Source of the DNA: an uncultured Candidatus Peribacteria bacterium
GTDB lineage: Bacteria > Patescibacteriota > Gracilibacteria > UBA1369
DNA length: 64,000 bases
Assembly: GCA_964571725.1 (NCBI GenBank)
Contig: CAZNDB010000001.1
Coordinates: 322,544-386,543 of the forward strand
Reading direction: 5' to 3'
Part shown: piece after piece, positions 1 through 8,540 of the stretch
Layout of the letters: the number at the start of each line of letters is the position of its first letter
Position numbering within the stretch: position 1 is the stretch's first letter
The notes under the pieces: model-generated
Database searches by the model: none
What the model was told of the DNA's origin: nothing
Seen by the model: only the letters and a program-made list of their open reading frames with translations
Program-made: the position numbers and the translations under genes

Positions 1-80
1 GGCAAAAAGACACCTCATCCCCTGCCAACATAAAACAACGTACCCTGGTAGGGGGTAATCCGCGAAAAATGATTTAAAAG

Positions 81-785
81 CTAATCATTCAAAAACAACT
101 CCCTGAATTTGCCGGCGGCTTTCTGGTAGCTGGAATTGGTTTCGTCCTCCGCGTTATCGGTAAACTGCCAATGCCAGGACAAAGCGTCGATTGTTTTGAA
201 TCCGAAGTAATCCAAAACTGTTTTTTGAGTGAGCATGGCTTTTTCTCCATTCCAATTATGACCAATAGTGATGATTCCGGCCTCGATATTTTTAAGCAGA
301 TTATCTTCCCCCAAAGTAGCATGCCGGTTTTCAATCCAGGTTAGTCTTTCAATCAGTTTCTGATAAAACGAATTCAATTGGCCCCAGCGGATCGAGCCAA
401 AAAAGATCACACAATCGGACTCGAAAAGCTCCCTGCTGATCTTCCACAATTCATCATCCGCGTGATTGAAACTGGCCCAGCAGCGGTGATTGCCGCTGGG
501 ATTCTTGTCAGGGTCTGCCAGTAGGGCGTCCCTGAGTCCGCAAGTATTCCCCCGTGCCGTGGATACGTTCCCTTCACAGGGATAGATCTTCAGTTTGGGA
601 ACTTCAATTACTTTCACCTGTTCAGGAGGCAAACGGCTGGCTATTTCATAGGCCAGGGCTGTGCTTTTAGGCATCTCTCCGGCGCTTTCCCCGCTCCAGC
701 GATTGGAGGTGGTGAGCAACAGAATCTTCTTTTTATGTTTCAGGTGATCTATTGTCCCGCTTAATAAATTTTTATATTTTTCCAT
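81..785 (-). CDS. flavodoxin-like fold NAD(P)H-dependent FMN reductase-type protein
   Basis: 234-aa ORF. The N-terminal KKILLLTTSNRWSG and central CVIFFGSIRWGQ segments resemble the flavodoxin-like FMN-binding fold. Family assigned by recall only. Confidence 0.55.
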   Translation of the reverse strand: MEKYKNLLSGTIDHLKHKKKILLLTTSNRWSGESAGEMPKSTALAYEIASRLPPEQVKVIEVPKLKIYPCEGNVSTARGNTCGLRDALLADPDKNPSGNHRCWASFNHADDELWKISRELFESDCVIFFGSIRWGQLNSFYQKLIERLTWIENRHATLGEDNLLKNIEAGIITIGHNWNGEKAMLTQKTVLDYFGFKTIDALSWHWQFTDNAEDETNSSYQKAAGKFRELFLND

Positions 786-795
786 CTAATATTTA

Positions 796-957
796 CTATA
801 AACTCATTGCCAGACAGGCATCACATTTGGCGTCTTTTTCCTCAATTGTGTTGGAGCAGGGTTTGCATGAGCATTGTTTGCCGTCACAGTCCATTGGTTT
901 GTGGCACATACTACAATTAGCGCCTGACATTTCCGCGCCGCAATTTGCACATTTCAT
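796..957 (-). CDS. small cysteine-rich protein (53 aa, 10 Cys), not in the ORF track
   Basis: Manual translation of the minus strand from ATG (957-955) to TAG (798-796) gives MKCANCGAEMSGANCSMCHKPMDCDGKQCSCKPCSNTIEEKDAKCDACLAMSL. Paired CxxC motifs are present. The stop lies 10 nt upstream of the start of the 81-785 gene on the same strand. Confidence 0.5.
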   Translation of the reverse strand: MKCANCGAEMSGANCSMCHKPMDCDGKQCSCKPCSNTIEEKDAKCDACLAMSL

Positions 958-1053
958 ATTGGTGTTTGTTAAATTATTTTTTCAGCTAAAACCATACGAC
1001 AAAACGGGAGAAAAGGCAACGCTCAGCAGGGCAACTTCCCCCCCCAATCCCAT

Positions 1054-1081
1054 TTGACAGTTAGGGAAATTTATTTATTAT
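1054..1081 (+). promoter_or_regulatory. sigma70-like promoter (TTGACA-16-TATTAT) upstream of the GC-rich ORF 1177-1914
   Basis: TTGACA at 1054-1059 and TATTAT at 1076-1081, in an AT-rich flank. Confidence 0.4.
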
Positions 1082-1176
1082 ATTCGCGGCTTGGCTTTTG
1101 CTCACATTTTTTCCACAAGAAAGGAGGTGACACACCAAGCAGAAACCTCGCCTGTTCAAGCAACGAAAGGGGTTCC

Positions 1177-1914
1177 ATGACAAGCTGGAGAGATACCAAC
1201 AAGCTCCTCGCCAAAGGTGCGAGGACCGAACGTCTGAGTCCAACCTGGCTGAAAAAGGAGGAAAACAATGCCGCAAGGCAATTGATGCTCCTCCAGGGAG
1301 GAAATCCGGAGGTAGTAACCCACAAGCCCGCCAAACGCCGCGGGTCTGCAAAATCAACCGGCAGGCTCAAGCAGAGCAGGGCCGAACAGTTGGCCGCCCT
1401 GGCCGACGCGGAAGCCGCCCAATGGAGCGATGCCGAGGCGTTGTTGACGGAAGCAGAGAGCAAAGTGCTCCAGTTGGATGACTACCGTCATCCAGCCGCC
1501 ACCAGCCCCACCGACGACATCGTCCAGCCGGCAGTCCCCGCGCAACATGCCTGGACTGAGGACGACTTCACCCCCGAAGCGATCGCGGCCTACGAGCAGA
1601 AGATGAAGAAGAACGCGCCGACCATCCTCGAGCGCAGGGAGGGACTTGCCCGCTTCACGGAGCTGATTCAGAAAAAGCTGCAGGAGAAGGAAGACCTCTG
1701 CCGGCGGGCCGCCATGCCAAAGGTGCTTAAAGAAGCATCTGAGGTTCAGCCCGAACAAGTCTGTGCAACCAAGCTGGTTTTTCCCGGGCATGAACCGGAA
1801 GATCCGGTCACGTTGACCAGAAAGTTCAGTGCCCGGAAGCGTCCCACCCTGAAACGCAGCCACCTGATGCCGTCCCTCGGCACCAAGAAGGACAACAAGG
1901 ACCAGGACAAGTAG
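1177..1914 (+). CDS. hypothetical charged protein (245 aa), GC-rich
   Basis: First ATG in the 1054-1914 ORF, preceded by AAAGGGG 5 nt upstream. GC3 is high. There is no signal peptide or recognisable domain. Confidence 0.55.
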   Translation: MTSWRDTNKLLAKGARTERLSPTWLKKEENNAARQLMLLQGGNPEVVTHKPAKRRGSAKSTGRLKQSRAEQLAALADAEAAQWSDAEALLTEAESKVLQLDDYRHPAATSPTDDIVQPAVPAQHAWTEDDFTPEAIAAYEQKMKKNAPTILERREGLARFTELIQKKLQEKEDLCRRAAMPKVLKEASEVQPEQVCATKLVFPGHEPEDPVTLTRKFSARKRPTLKRSHLMPSLGTKKDNKDQDK

Positions 1915-1929
1915 TCTCTCCAGCGTAGT

Positions 1930-1972
1930 TTGCCCGCTCCCCTGATGCGCTTGCGCAAAAGGGGACGGGCAA
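1930..1972 (+). terminator. GC-rich hairpin downstream of 1177-1914
   Basis: TTGCCCG(C)TCCCCT at 1930-1943 pairs with AGGGGACGGGCAA at 1960-1972. There is no clear U-tract. Confidence 0.4.
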
Positions 1973-2082
1973 CATCGCTTTCCCCAAAAACTTACCCAAA
2001 GCCGTTGAATGTATCTATTAATTGCATCCGCCGGCAGCCTCGCCTATATTAGTACGGAGGTTTATTTCCTGAACAAAAAATT

Positions 2083-3609
2083 ATGCCAAAACCAACAGTA
2101 TTAATGATTCTGGACGGCTGGGGCTACAGTCCTCAATCCGCCAATAACGCCATCGCCCAGGCCAAAACCCCCAATCTCGACCGTCTGATCGAAAATTATC
2201 CCCACGGGCTTTTGAAAGCCAGCGGTTTGGACGTCGGTCTGCCCGAGGGAGTGATGGGCAATTCCGAAGTGGGCCATACCAATATCGGGGCCGGCCGCAT
2301 CGTTTATCAGGATCTCACCCGCATCGACCAGGCTATCAGCGACGGATCGTTTTTTCAGAACCCGGTGCTTAACGAAGCCTTCCGTCTGGCAGCCGAAAAA
2401 GGTACCAAATTGCATTTGATCGGTCTGTTGTCCGACGGGGGAGTGCATTCCCATATCCGGCATCTGGAGGCTCTGATTAAATTTGCGCAGCAGCAAAAAT
2501 TTGAACGACTGATTGTCCATCCGGTCTTTGACGGCCGCGATACGGCGCCGATGATCGGTGAGACTTTTCTGGAACAGCTTCTGGGCTATTTCAAACAATA
2601 CGGAGTGGGGCAGCTGGGAACACTTTCCGGTCGTTATTACACCATGGATCGCGATACCCGCTGGGAAAGAATTGAAAAGTCCTATGATGCCATGACTTTG
2701 GGCACGCCGGCCTGTCCCATGGATCCCGTCGAATACATCAAAGACTCACATCAAAAGGGCACCGGCGATGAATTTATCGAGCCGGTCTGCGTTAACCGTC
2801 AAAATAATATCGAAGACAATGACGTGGTGATTTTCTTTAATTTCCGTTCCGACCGCGCCAGACAAATTACCCGGGCTTTCACCGAAAAAACTTTTGACGG
2901 CTTTAAAAAGAAACAGTCTCCGCAGCTGGCCCAATATGTCTGTATGACCGAATATGATCAGCAATTCGGCCTTCCCGTTGCGTTTCCCTCTCCCGCGCTG
3001 GTCAATAATCTGGGGGAAGTGGTCTCCAACAGCGGTCTGAAACAGCTGCGCATCGCCGAAACGGAGAAATACGCCCATGTAACTTTCTTTATCAATGGTG
3101 GAAGCGAAATTAAATTTCCCAATGAGGACCGCATTCTGATTGACTCGCCGCGGGACATCCCCACCTACGATAAAAAGCCGGAAATGAGCGCTATTCCGGT
3201 CACCGAGCGTTTGCTACAGGAACTGGATCGTGATTATTATGATCTGGTGATTGTAAATTTTGCCAATTGCGATATGGTTGGCCACACCGGCATCATGGAT
3301 GCCACCGTCAAGGCCGTGGAAATTGTTGATCAATGCGTCGGCCAGGTCGTGGATAAAGTTTTGCAAAAAGACGGACTGGTCTTTTTGACCGCCGATCACG
3401 GTAACGCCGAAGTAATGGTGGATGAACAGGGCCGCCCGCAAACCGCCCATACCTCCAATCCGGTGCGTTATCTGATCATTTCCAACCGCTACGCGCCGGG
3501 CAGCCTGAAAACCCGTGACGGCCGGCTTTCCGACGTTCTGCCCACCCTGCTCACTCTGATGAACCTGAAAATCCCCGCGGAAATTACCGGGCAAAATCTG
3601 GTGGAATAG
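2083..3609 (+). CDS. gpmI: 2,3-bisphosphoglycerate-independent phosphoglycerate mutase
   Basis: 508 aa. The N-terminal LMILDGWG...NAI..A.TPNLD and GNSEVGHTNIGAGR motifs and the length are typical of iPGM. Confidence 0.95.
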   Translation: MPKPTVLMILDGWGYSPQSANNAIAQAKTPNLDRLIENYPHGLLKASGLDVGLPEGVMGNSEVGHTNIGAGRIVYQDLTRIDQAISDGSFFQNPVLNEAFRLAAEKGTKLHLIGLLSDGGVHSHIRHLEALIKFAQQQKFERLIVHPVFDGRDTAPMIGETFLEQLLGYFKQYGVGQLGTLSGRYYTMDRDTRWERIEKSYDAMTLGTPACPMDPVEYIKDSHQKGTGDEFIEPVCVNRQNNIEDNDVVIFFNFRSDRARQITRAFTEKTFDGFKKKQSPQLAQYVCMTEYDQQFGLPVAFPSPALVNNLGEVVSNSGLKQLRIAETEKYAHVTFFINGGSEIKFPNEDRILIDSPRDIPTYDKKPEMSAIPVTERLLQELDRDYYDLVIVNFANCDMVGHTGIMDATVKAVEIVDQCVGQVVDKVLQKDGLVFLTADHGNAEVMVDEQGRPQTAHTSNPVRYLIISNRYAPGSLKTRDGRLSDVLPTLLTLMNLKIPAEITGQNLVE

Positions 3610-3642
3610 AGTGCTTAGGGATGAAACAAAAACTTGTTCAGA

Positions 3643-4338
3643 TTAGGCGTTTTTGCTGACTGTCCCTGCATACCACGGACAGAAGACCTTTAATGGACAG
3701 GGCGGACAGTCCGGTTGCGGAGCTTTGCATTTATCCCGTCCCAGTTCAATCAGCAGATGTGAAAAATGTCCCCATTTATCACGCGGAACTATTTTCATCA
3801 AATCTTTTTCAATCACCGGCGGGACCTCGCTGTCCGTCAGTCCCAACCGCTTTGCCACCCTGGTTACGTGGGTATCAACGGCGATTCCTTCGTTTTTACC
3901 GTAAGCGTTATACAGAACCACGTTAGCGGTTTTTCTGGCAACTCCGGGCAGAGTGATCAAATCTTCCATTCTGTCCGGCACCCGTCCCTGAAAATCCGCG
4001 ACAATCTTTTGGCAGCAGGCAATAATGTTTTTACTTTTATTTCTAAAAAAACCGGTCGACCGGATCATTTTCATCAATTCCTCCGGCTCAGCTCCCGCCA
4101 GATCAGCCGCTGTCCGATACTTTTCGAAAAGAGCGGGAGTGACCATATTCACCCGTTTATCCGTGCATTGGGCGCTGAGTATGGTTGCTACCAGCAGTTG
4201 CAGCGGGTTTTTAAAAATCAGGGAGCAGTGCGCGTCGGGATAAAGCTTATCCAGCGCTGCAATTAAACTGTCGATACTTTTCGCCGCCGTATCCCCCGCG
4301 TTTTTACTGAGCTTGTTTTTTACCGGCTTTTTTTCCAT
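3643..4338 (-). CDS. nth: endonuclease III (HhH-GPD DNA glycosylase with 4Fe-4S cluster)
   Basis: 231 aa. Contains LVATILSAQCTDKRVN, the LPGVARKTANVVL HhH motif, and the C-terminal Cys cluster CKAPQPDCPPCPLKVFC. Confidence 0.92.
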   Translation of the reverse strand: MEKKPVKNKLSKNAGDTAAKSIDSLIAALDKLYPDAHCSLIFKNPLQLLVATILSAQCTDKRVNMVTPALFEKYRTAADLAGAEPEELMKMIRSTGFFRNKSKNIIACCQKIVADFQGRVPDRMEDLITLPGVARKTANVVLYNAYGKNEGIAVDTHVTRVAKRLGLTDSEVPPVIEKDLMKIVPRDKWGHFSHLLIELGRDKCKAPQPDCPPCPLKVFCPWYAGTVSKNA

Positions 4339-4339
4339 A

Positions 4340-4960
4340 ATGTCGCTGCTTCAATTCAAAATGATCGTCAATAAAAACAGCATAGCCAAACCGATGCCCA
4401 AACAAAAGTTAAAAATTATTATTCTGATTAATTTTACCTGGAGTATTCTGGGCTTTTACGCGGACTATCAGTGGCTGTCCATGGTGCCAACGCATCTTAT
4501 CCCTCTAACTGCCATTTGTTCACTGTATCCGCCGCTTTTAACTATCTGGTACCTGCTCAAATATTTTGATCGCAAAACGCCTGAGTGGTTTACCTACTGG
4601 CTGGTTTTGGGTACAGCCAGCTATTGGCTGGCCGCCCAGTTTTATTTTCCTCTGCTGATGTCCTGGAAGGGGATTAATTTCCATGATATCGGCTCGATGT
4701 TCTGGGTGTCGGTCTATGGCTGCCAGTCGCTTTTATTAATAAAATATCTAAAAAAGCCCTCGCTGAAGACCATACTGCCCGGATCGCTGTATATTTTGGC
4801 CGCGGATTTTACTCAATATTTCGCCCTGACTTTCGTGGACTTTACTATGGAAGGCTATCCCGTCTGGATGAAATATCTGACCGCGCTGGTCGCGATAGGC
4901 CTGCAAATAATTTGTTCAGTCTGGATTTACTTTCGCACTAGAAACAGCCAAATCCTTTGA
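4340..4960 (+). CDS. polytopic integral membrane protein (possibly DUF1405-like)
   Basis: ORF 4313-4960 has about 5-6 hydrophobic helices. The start is uncertain: the ATG at 4340 lies 1 nt from the divergent nth start, and alternative ATGs occur at 4361 and 4394. Confidence 0.5.
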   Translation: MSLLQFKMIVNKNSIAKPMPKQKLKIIILINFTWSILGFYADYQWLSMVPTHLIPLTAICSLYPPLLTIWYLLKYFDRKTPEWFTYWLVLGTASYWLAAQFYFPLLMSWKGINFHDIGSMFWVSVYGCQSLLLIKYLKKPSLKTILPGSLYILAADFTQYFALTFVDFTMEGYPVWMKYLTALVAIGLQIICSVWIYFRTRNSQIL

Positions 4961-6460
4961 ATTATTTCTGATCTTCGGGCGTAGCGGCATTCTGCGGATT
5001 TTGCTTTGGTCGCCCAGAGCTTTGGAAACATATTTTTCGGGCAACGAAGCGAAGTCGACGAAAGCCAGGTTCAGATAGTTCAAAGGATCCTCGTATGAAC
5101 CGTCTTTGATTATTTCAAAATGCAAATGAGCACCGGTTGTATATACTCCCGCGCCTTTGGAGCCGGGAATTCCTCCGCTCAAACCGATAATATCCCCCTG
5201 ACTCAACATATCGCCCTCGTTGACCAGTATTTTGGAGATATGGCCGTATAAAGTCATAAAGCCGCCGGCGTGGGCTACCATCACATAGCTGTAACCAAAA
5301 CCGTTATCCACTGCCTTGTAGACAATCCCTTCCGCCGCGACTTTAACCGGCGTCTCCTGGGCCGCCCTGACATCCACGGCATTGTGCTGCATGCCGAACA
5401 GTCGGGCATAGGACGCCTCATGATAATAAGCCGTAATTCCGCGAACCGGATTGACCGGCCAGGCCGGTGAAAATTCCGCCCCCTCCAACCCGTAAGTCAG
5501 ATATTCCAGCAGCTTTTTATTATTTCCCACGTTGAGCAGGCTGGCATAGTCTTCGGGATTAAATTTGTCTCCCAATTCCTTGATCCTGTCCTGCACGTAA
5601 ATCAGATTTTTGCGCAGGGTGTCGATTTCCAGTAACACGTCTTCCTGCTGGGCCTTGGATCTGGCCAACAACTGTCTGTATATTTCCTCCTCACCCCTGG
5701 TTTGTTCGATCAGAGATTCTTTGGCCTTTTTCTTGAATTCCAGGTCGTTTTTTTCTTCCGTCAGTTTCTGGTGAAACTGAATCAGGGTAAACTTTTTGAT
5801 TTCCAGTATTTTTTGATTGGTTTCCTGCTCTTCTATCAGCTCTCCCAGCTTCTCGAAAATGGTTCTGCCCTGTTCTTCCAGTACTTCGCTGTATCTGATT
5901 GAACGCAGTTTTTCACTGGTAGTTTCGTCGCTTAACAGCAGTTTGAGCGTGTTTAAATCGGCCCCCTCCTTGCCCAGAGTGTTAAATTCGGCCTGATCCC
6001 TGAAAATCACCTTCAGATACTCCGCTATCATCTGTTTTTGAAAGGAAATTTCAATTTTCTTTTGTTCTATCTGGTATTGCATGGTTTCAATCTCACTCTC
6101 TTTCAGATCTATTTGCGCCTCGACATTGGCAATAATTTTCTGGGAGGCTTTGATTTGTCTGTCCAGATTATCCAGTTGTTGCTGCAGCGTATCGATTTTC
6201 TCCAAAGTGCTGTCAATCTGTCCTTCGGTTTCCTCAATCTGTCTGTTTACGGACAGCAAATCGCTTTCCCCCGAACTGATTTCCAGCTTGATTCTTTCCA
6301 GAAAGCGGCTGGTCTTATATTGTTTGATCAACTCATCGGGATTGGGTGCTGGGTCCTGTTGCTGGGCAGCCAGAAAACCGTCTTTCAGGGGCAGAAAGAT
6401 AATCAGCGCGGCAGTCAGCAGCAAGACCAGTTTTTGTCTGAAGAGGGCTTTCAAATTCAA
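4916..6460 (-). CDS. coiled-coil M23 family metallopeptidase (EnvC-like)
   Basis: 514 aa. Has an N-terminal hydrophobic anchor, a long coiled coil, and a C-terminal M23 signature (HNAVDV..., GAHLHFEI). TTG start. The 3-prime end overlaps the convergent 4340-4960 gene by 45 nt. Confidence 0.85.
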   Translation of the reverse strand: MNLKALFRQKLVLLLTAALIIFLPLKDGFLAAQQQDPAPNPDELIKQYKTSRFLERIKLEISSGESDLLSVNRQIEETEGQIDSTLEKIDTLQQQLDNLDRQIKASQKIIANVEAQIDLKESEIETMQYQIEQKKIEISFQKQMIAEYLKVIFRDQAEFNTLGKEGADLNTLKLLLSDETTSEKLRSIRYSEVLEEQGRTIFEKLGELIEEQETNQKILEIKKFTLIQFHQKLTEEKNDLEFKKKAKESLIEQTRGEEEIYRQLLARSKAQQEDVLLEIDTLRKNLIYVQDRIKELGDKFNPEDYASLLNVGNNKKLLEYLTYGLEGAEFSPAWPVNPVRGITAYYHEASYARLFGMQHNAVDVRAAQETPVKVAAEGIVYKAVDNGFGYSYVMVAHAGGFMTLYGHISKILVNEGDMLSQGDIIGLSGGIPGSKGAGVYTTGAHLHFEIIKDGSYEDPLNYLNLAFVDFASLPEKYVSKALGDQSKIRRMPLRPKIRNNSKDLAVSSAKVNPD

Positions 6461-6649
6461 TTGTTATAAATCCTTATATTATACCGTAAAAACAGGCTTC
6501 TAACAATTGGCCAAAGGCTTAAAATCGGCTAAATAAGAGCTTTTTTCTTGCAAATATTATCAAAAAATTGTAACTTGCATTCACTGCTCATCTTGAGTAA
6601 CATAATCAAGCCATTATCCGGCTTACTTATTACCTAAATCTGCACCACT

Positions 6650-6928
6650 ATGGCACATAAAAAGGCCGCTGGTTCTACAAAAAACGGACGCGATTCAGTT
6701 GCAAAAAGACTGGGCGTAAAAATTTTCGGCGGACAGACCGTCAAGTCCGGCAACATCATCATCAGACAGAGAGGAACACAGTTCTTTCCCGGTGAAAACG
6801 CCTCCATGGGCAAAGACCATACGATTTTCGCCCTGGCCGACGGTGTAGTTAAATTTACCGAAAAACAGCTGAAAAAATATGACGGACAGGTCCACAAGGA
6901 TAAATTCGTCAATATAATCAAGGCTTAA
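6650..6928 (+). CDS. rpmA: 50S ribosomal protein L27
   Basis: 92 aa, beginning [27 protein letters not shown], which is canonical for L27. Confidence 0.95.
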   Translation: MAHKKAAGSTKNGRDSVAKRLGVKIFGGQTVKSGNIIIRQRGTQFFPGENASMGKDHTIFALADGVVKFTEKQLKKYDGQVHKDKFVNIIKA

Positions 6929-6930
6929 TA

Positions 6931-7605
6931 TTGTCAGATTTAGAGTCGTTTTCGGCGTTTGAATCTTCCAATCAGGGTTCTTCCCCGGAGAGTTTCAGGC
7001 TGTTCCAGGAGAGAATGAAAGCCGCCGCCGCGCAAATCCAGGCCATCCGGGCGGGGGAACAGAAACAGAAGAAAAAAGAGGACGAACTGGCTAAAATTCT
7101 CAGTGAATTTATCAAATCCCTGCAGCAGGACTCGGAATATGCCGGGTTTATTGAACATATCAGTAAATTATTGGCGTTAAATCTGCCCGCGGCCTTTATT
7201 TTGGTACTAATAATTAATAATTTTCCCCATCTGGAAGAACGAACCGGCCTCAAGCTGCTGAGTTTTGAGGAAGCTTCCCGGGCGGGTATTCTGGAAAGCC
7301 CGACCTTGCCCGATATCTATATGGCCGAAAAGACTTTGCCCGTCGGCCTCAAGGCTGCCATCGACGCCTGGATTCAGGAAATATCCCGGGTGTCTCTCGA
7401 TCATCGTCAGCGGATGCTGGAAAGGGGACTGGATCGCGCCGGGAAAGTATTACCGGAAACTGTTGATTTGATGGCCTTCAGTCTGGCCTTCTATCTGGGG
7501 AAGAACGGCCATCCGCTTGATCAGGAATTTGCCGAAACATTCTGCCGGTTCTGCCTGAACGGGATTATGGAGCAGGTCAAAAAGCCCTTTAAGGCCCTGG
7601 AATAA
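6931..7605 (+). CDS. hypothetical protein
   Basis: 224-aa ORF with a TTG start 2 nt after the rpmA stop; an internal ATG is also possible. No recognisable domain. Confidence 0.5.
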   Translation: MSDLESFSAFESSNQGSSPESFRLFQERMKAAAAQIQAIRAGEQKQKKKEDELAKILSEFIKSLQQDSEYAGFIEHISKLLALNLPAAFILVLIINNFPHLEERTGLKLLSFEEASRAGILESPTLPDIYMAEKTLPVGLKAAIDAWIQEISRVSLDHRQRMLERGLDRAGKVLPETVDLMAFSLAFYLGKNGHPLDQEFAETFCRFCLNGIMEQVKKPFKALE

Positions 7606-7623
7606 TTCTTAAGAAAAACAAAC

Positions 7624-8085
7624 ATGAAACTTTATCTGATTCAGCACGGACTCGCCAACACGGAGGAAATTGATCCCGAAAAAAAACTCTCTCCCCAGGG
7701 GCAGACCGACGTGCAAAAAATAGCCCGGTTTATGCAAAATAACCGGATCGATCCCGGCGTAATCTGGCACAGCGGGAAAGCGCGCGCCGAACAGACCGCC
7801 CAAATCATTGCCGGAGTCTGCCAGCCGGCCCAGCCCGCCACCTCCATAGCCGGACTGCAGCCGCAGGACTCACCCCTGGACATAGTCCCTTTTCTAAAGG
7901 TGGAAAGCGGAGACATCGTTTTGGTCGGGCACCTGCCCCATCTGAACAAATTGGCGACCTTTTTGCTGTCGAATCAGGAGGACGGCGACACCATCGCTTT
8001 CCGCGAAGGAAGCGTTCTGTGCCTGGAAAAAACCGACCAGATTTGGAGAGTGAACTGGATGGTCACGCCTGATTTGCTGATTTAA
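7624..8085 (+). CDS. SixA-like histidine phosphatase family protein (QHG variant of the RHG motif)
   Basis: 153 aa. Collinear with E. coli SixA as I recall it (MKLYLIQHG..., [12 protein letters not shown]). The catalytic-motif Arg is replaced by Gln. Confidence 0.7.
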   Translation: MKLYLIQHGLANTEEIDPEKKLSPQGQTDVQKIARFMQNNRIDPGVIWHSGKARAEQTAQIIAGVCQPAQPATSIAGLQPQDSPLDIVPFLKVESGDIVLVGHLPHLNKLATFLLSNQEDGDTIAFREGSVLCLEKTDQIWRVNWMVTPDLLI

Positions 8086-8087
8086 AA

Positions 8088-8165
8088 TGGGGTGTCCAAT
8101 GGGTCTCGAACCCACGACCTCCAGAGCCACAATCTGGCGCTCTAACCAACTGAGCTATGGACACC
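8088..8165 (-). tRNA. tRNA-His (anticodon GTG), with G-1 and encoded CCA
   Basis: Reverse complement is GGTGTCCATAGCTCAGTTGGTTAGAGCGCCAGATTGTGGCTCTGGAGGTCGTGGGTTCGAGACCCATTGGACACCCCA. It folds as a cloverleaf with anticodon loop TTGTGGC. Confidence 0.9.
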
Positions 8166-8188
8166 ATGCGAAAAAGCTTTGCCCGCTG

Positions 8189-8216
8189 ATTTTAACATAG
8201 CCGCAATTCAAAGCAA
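8189..8216 (-). promoter_or_regulatory. candidate promoter for tRNA-His (TTGCTT-16-TAAAAT)
   Basis: Hexamers read on the minus strand, about 25 nt upstream of the tRNA 5-prime end. Confidence 0.3.
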
Positions 8217-8422
8217 CCGAATATTGCTTTTATCACAAGTAGTACAAGGAGTAGAGAAAAAATTTGGTGGTAATTTTCAATATATCCAAGGAAAGAGAAA
8301 TTTTGACAAAGTTATTTTATATTATACGAGGAAGCAAGAAAATTATTATGAGACAGTATAAAAATACGGCGAATAATAATTTATCGTAGCTGACAAAGTA
8401 TAAGATGAAAAGAATAATCAAC

Positions 8423-8448
8423 AGGCCACTTGAACTTGCAAGTGGCCT
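8423..8448 (-). terminator. rho-independent terminator downstream of 8541-9470
   Basis: Perfect 10-bp stem AGGCCACTTG/CAAGTGGCCT with a 6-nt loop, followed on the minus strand by the T-rich run GTTGATTATTCTTTTC. Confidence 0.5.
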
Positions 8449-8540
8449 TAGTTGATATTTAGGAGTAACAACGCCCTAGAATAGCCTCATTATCCTAAAA
8501 TAGATATAAACAAAATCGCTTTCACAGTTCCGCCCTCGCA

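Larger units (their letters stand above)
1120..1975. other. GC-rich compositional island A (foreign-looking cassette)
   Basis: G+C is visibly higher than the flanks. The high-GC3 ORF is accompanied by long spurious antisense ORFs (1354-1863 and others), which is typical of high-GC DNA. The island ends in a GC-rich hairpin. Confidence 0.6.

Noticed and set aside
8179-8361. 60-aa TTG-start ORF in the AT-rich 375-bp gap between tRNA-His and the orphan block.
   Set aside because: Its low-complexity AT-rich translation has no supporting signals. The region more plausibly holds the tRNA promoter and the terminator at 8423-8448.
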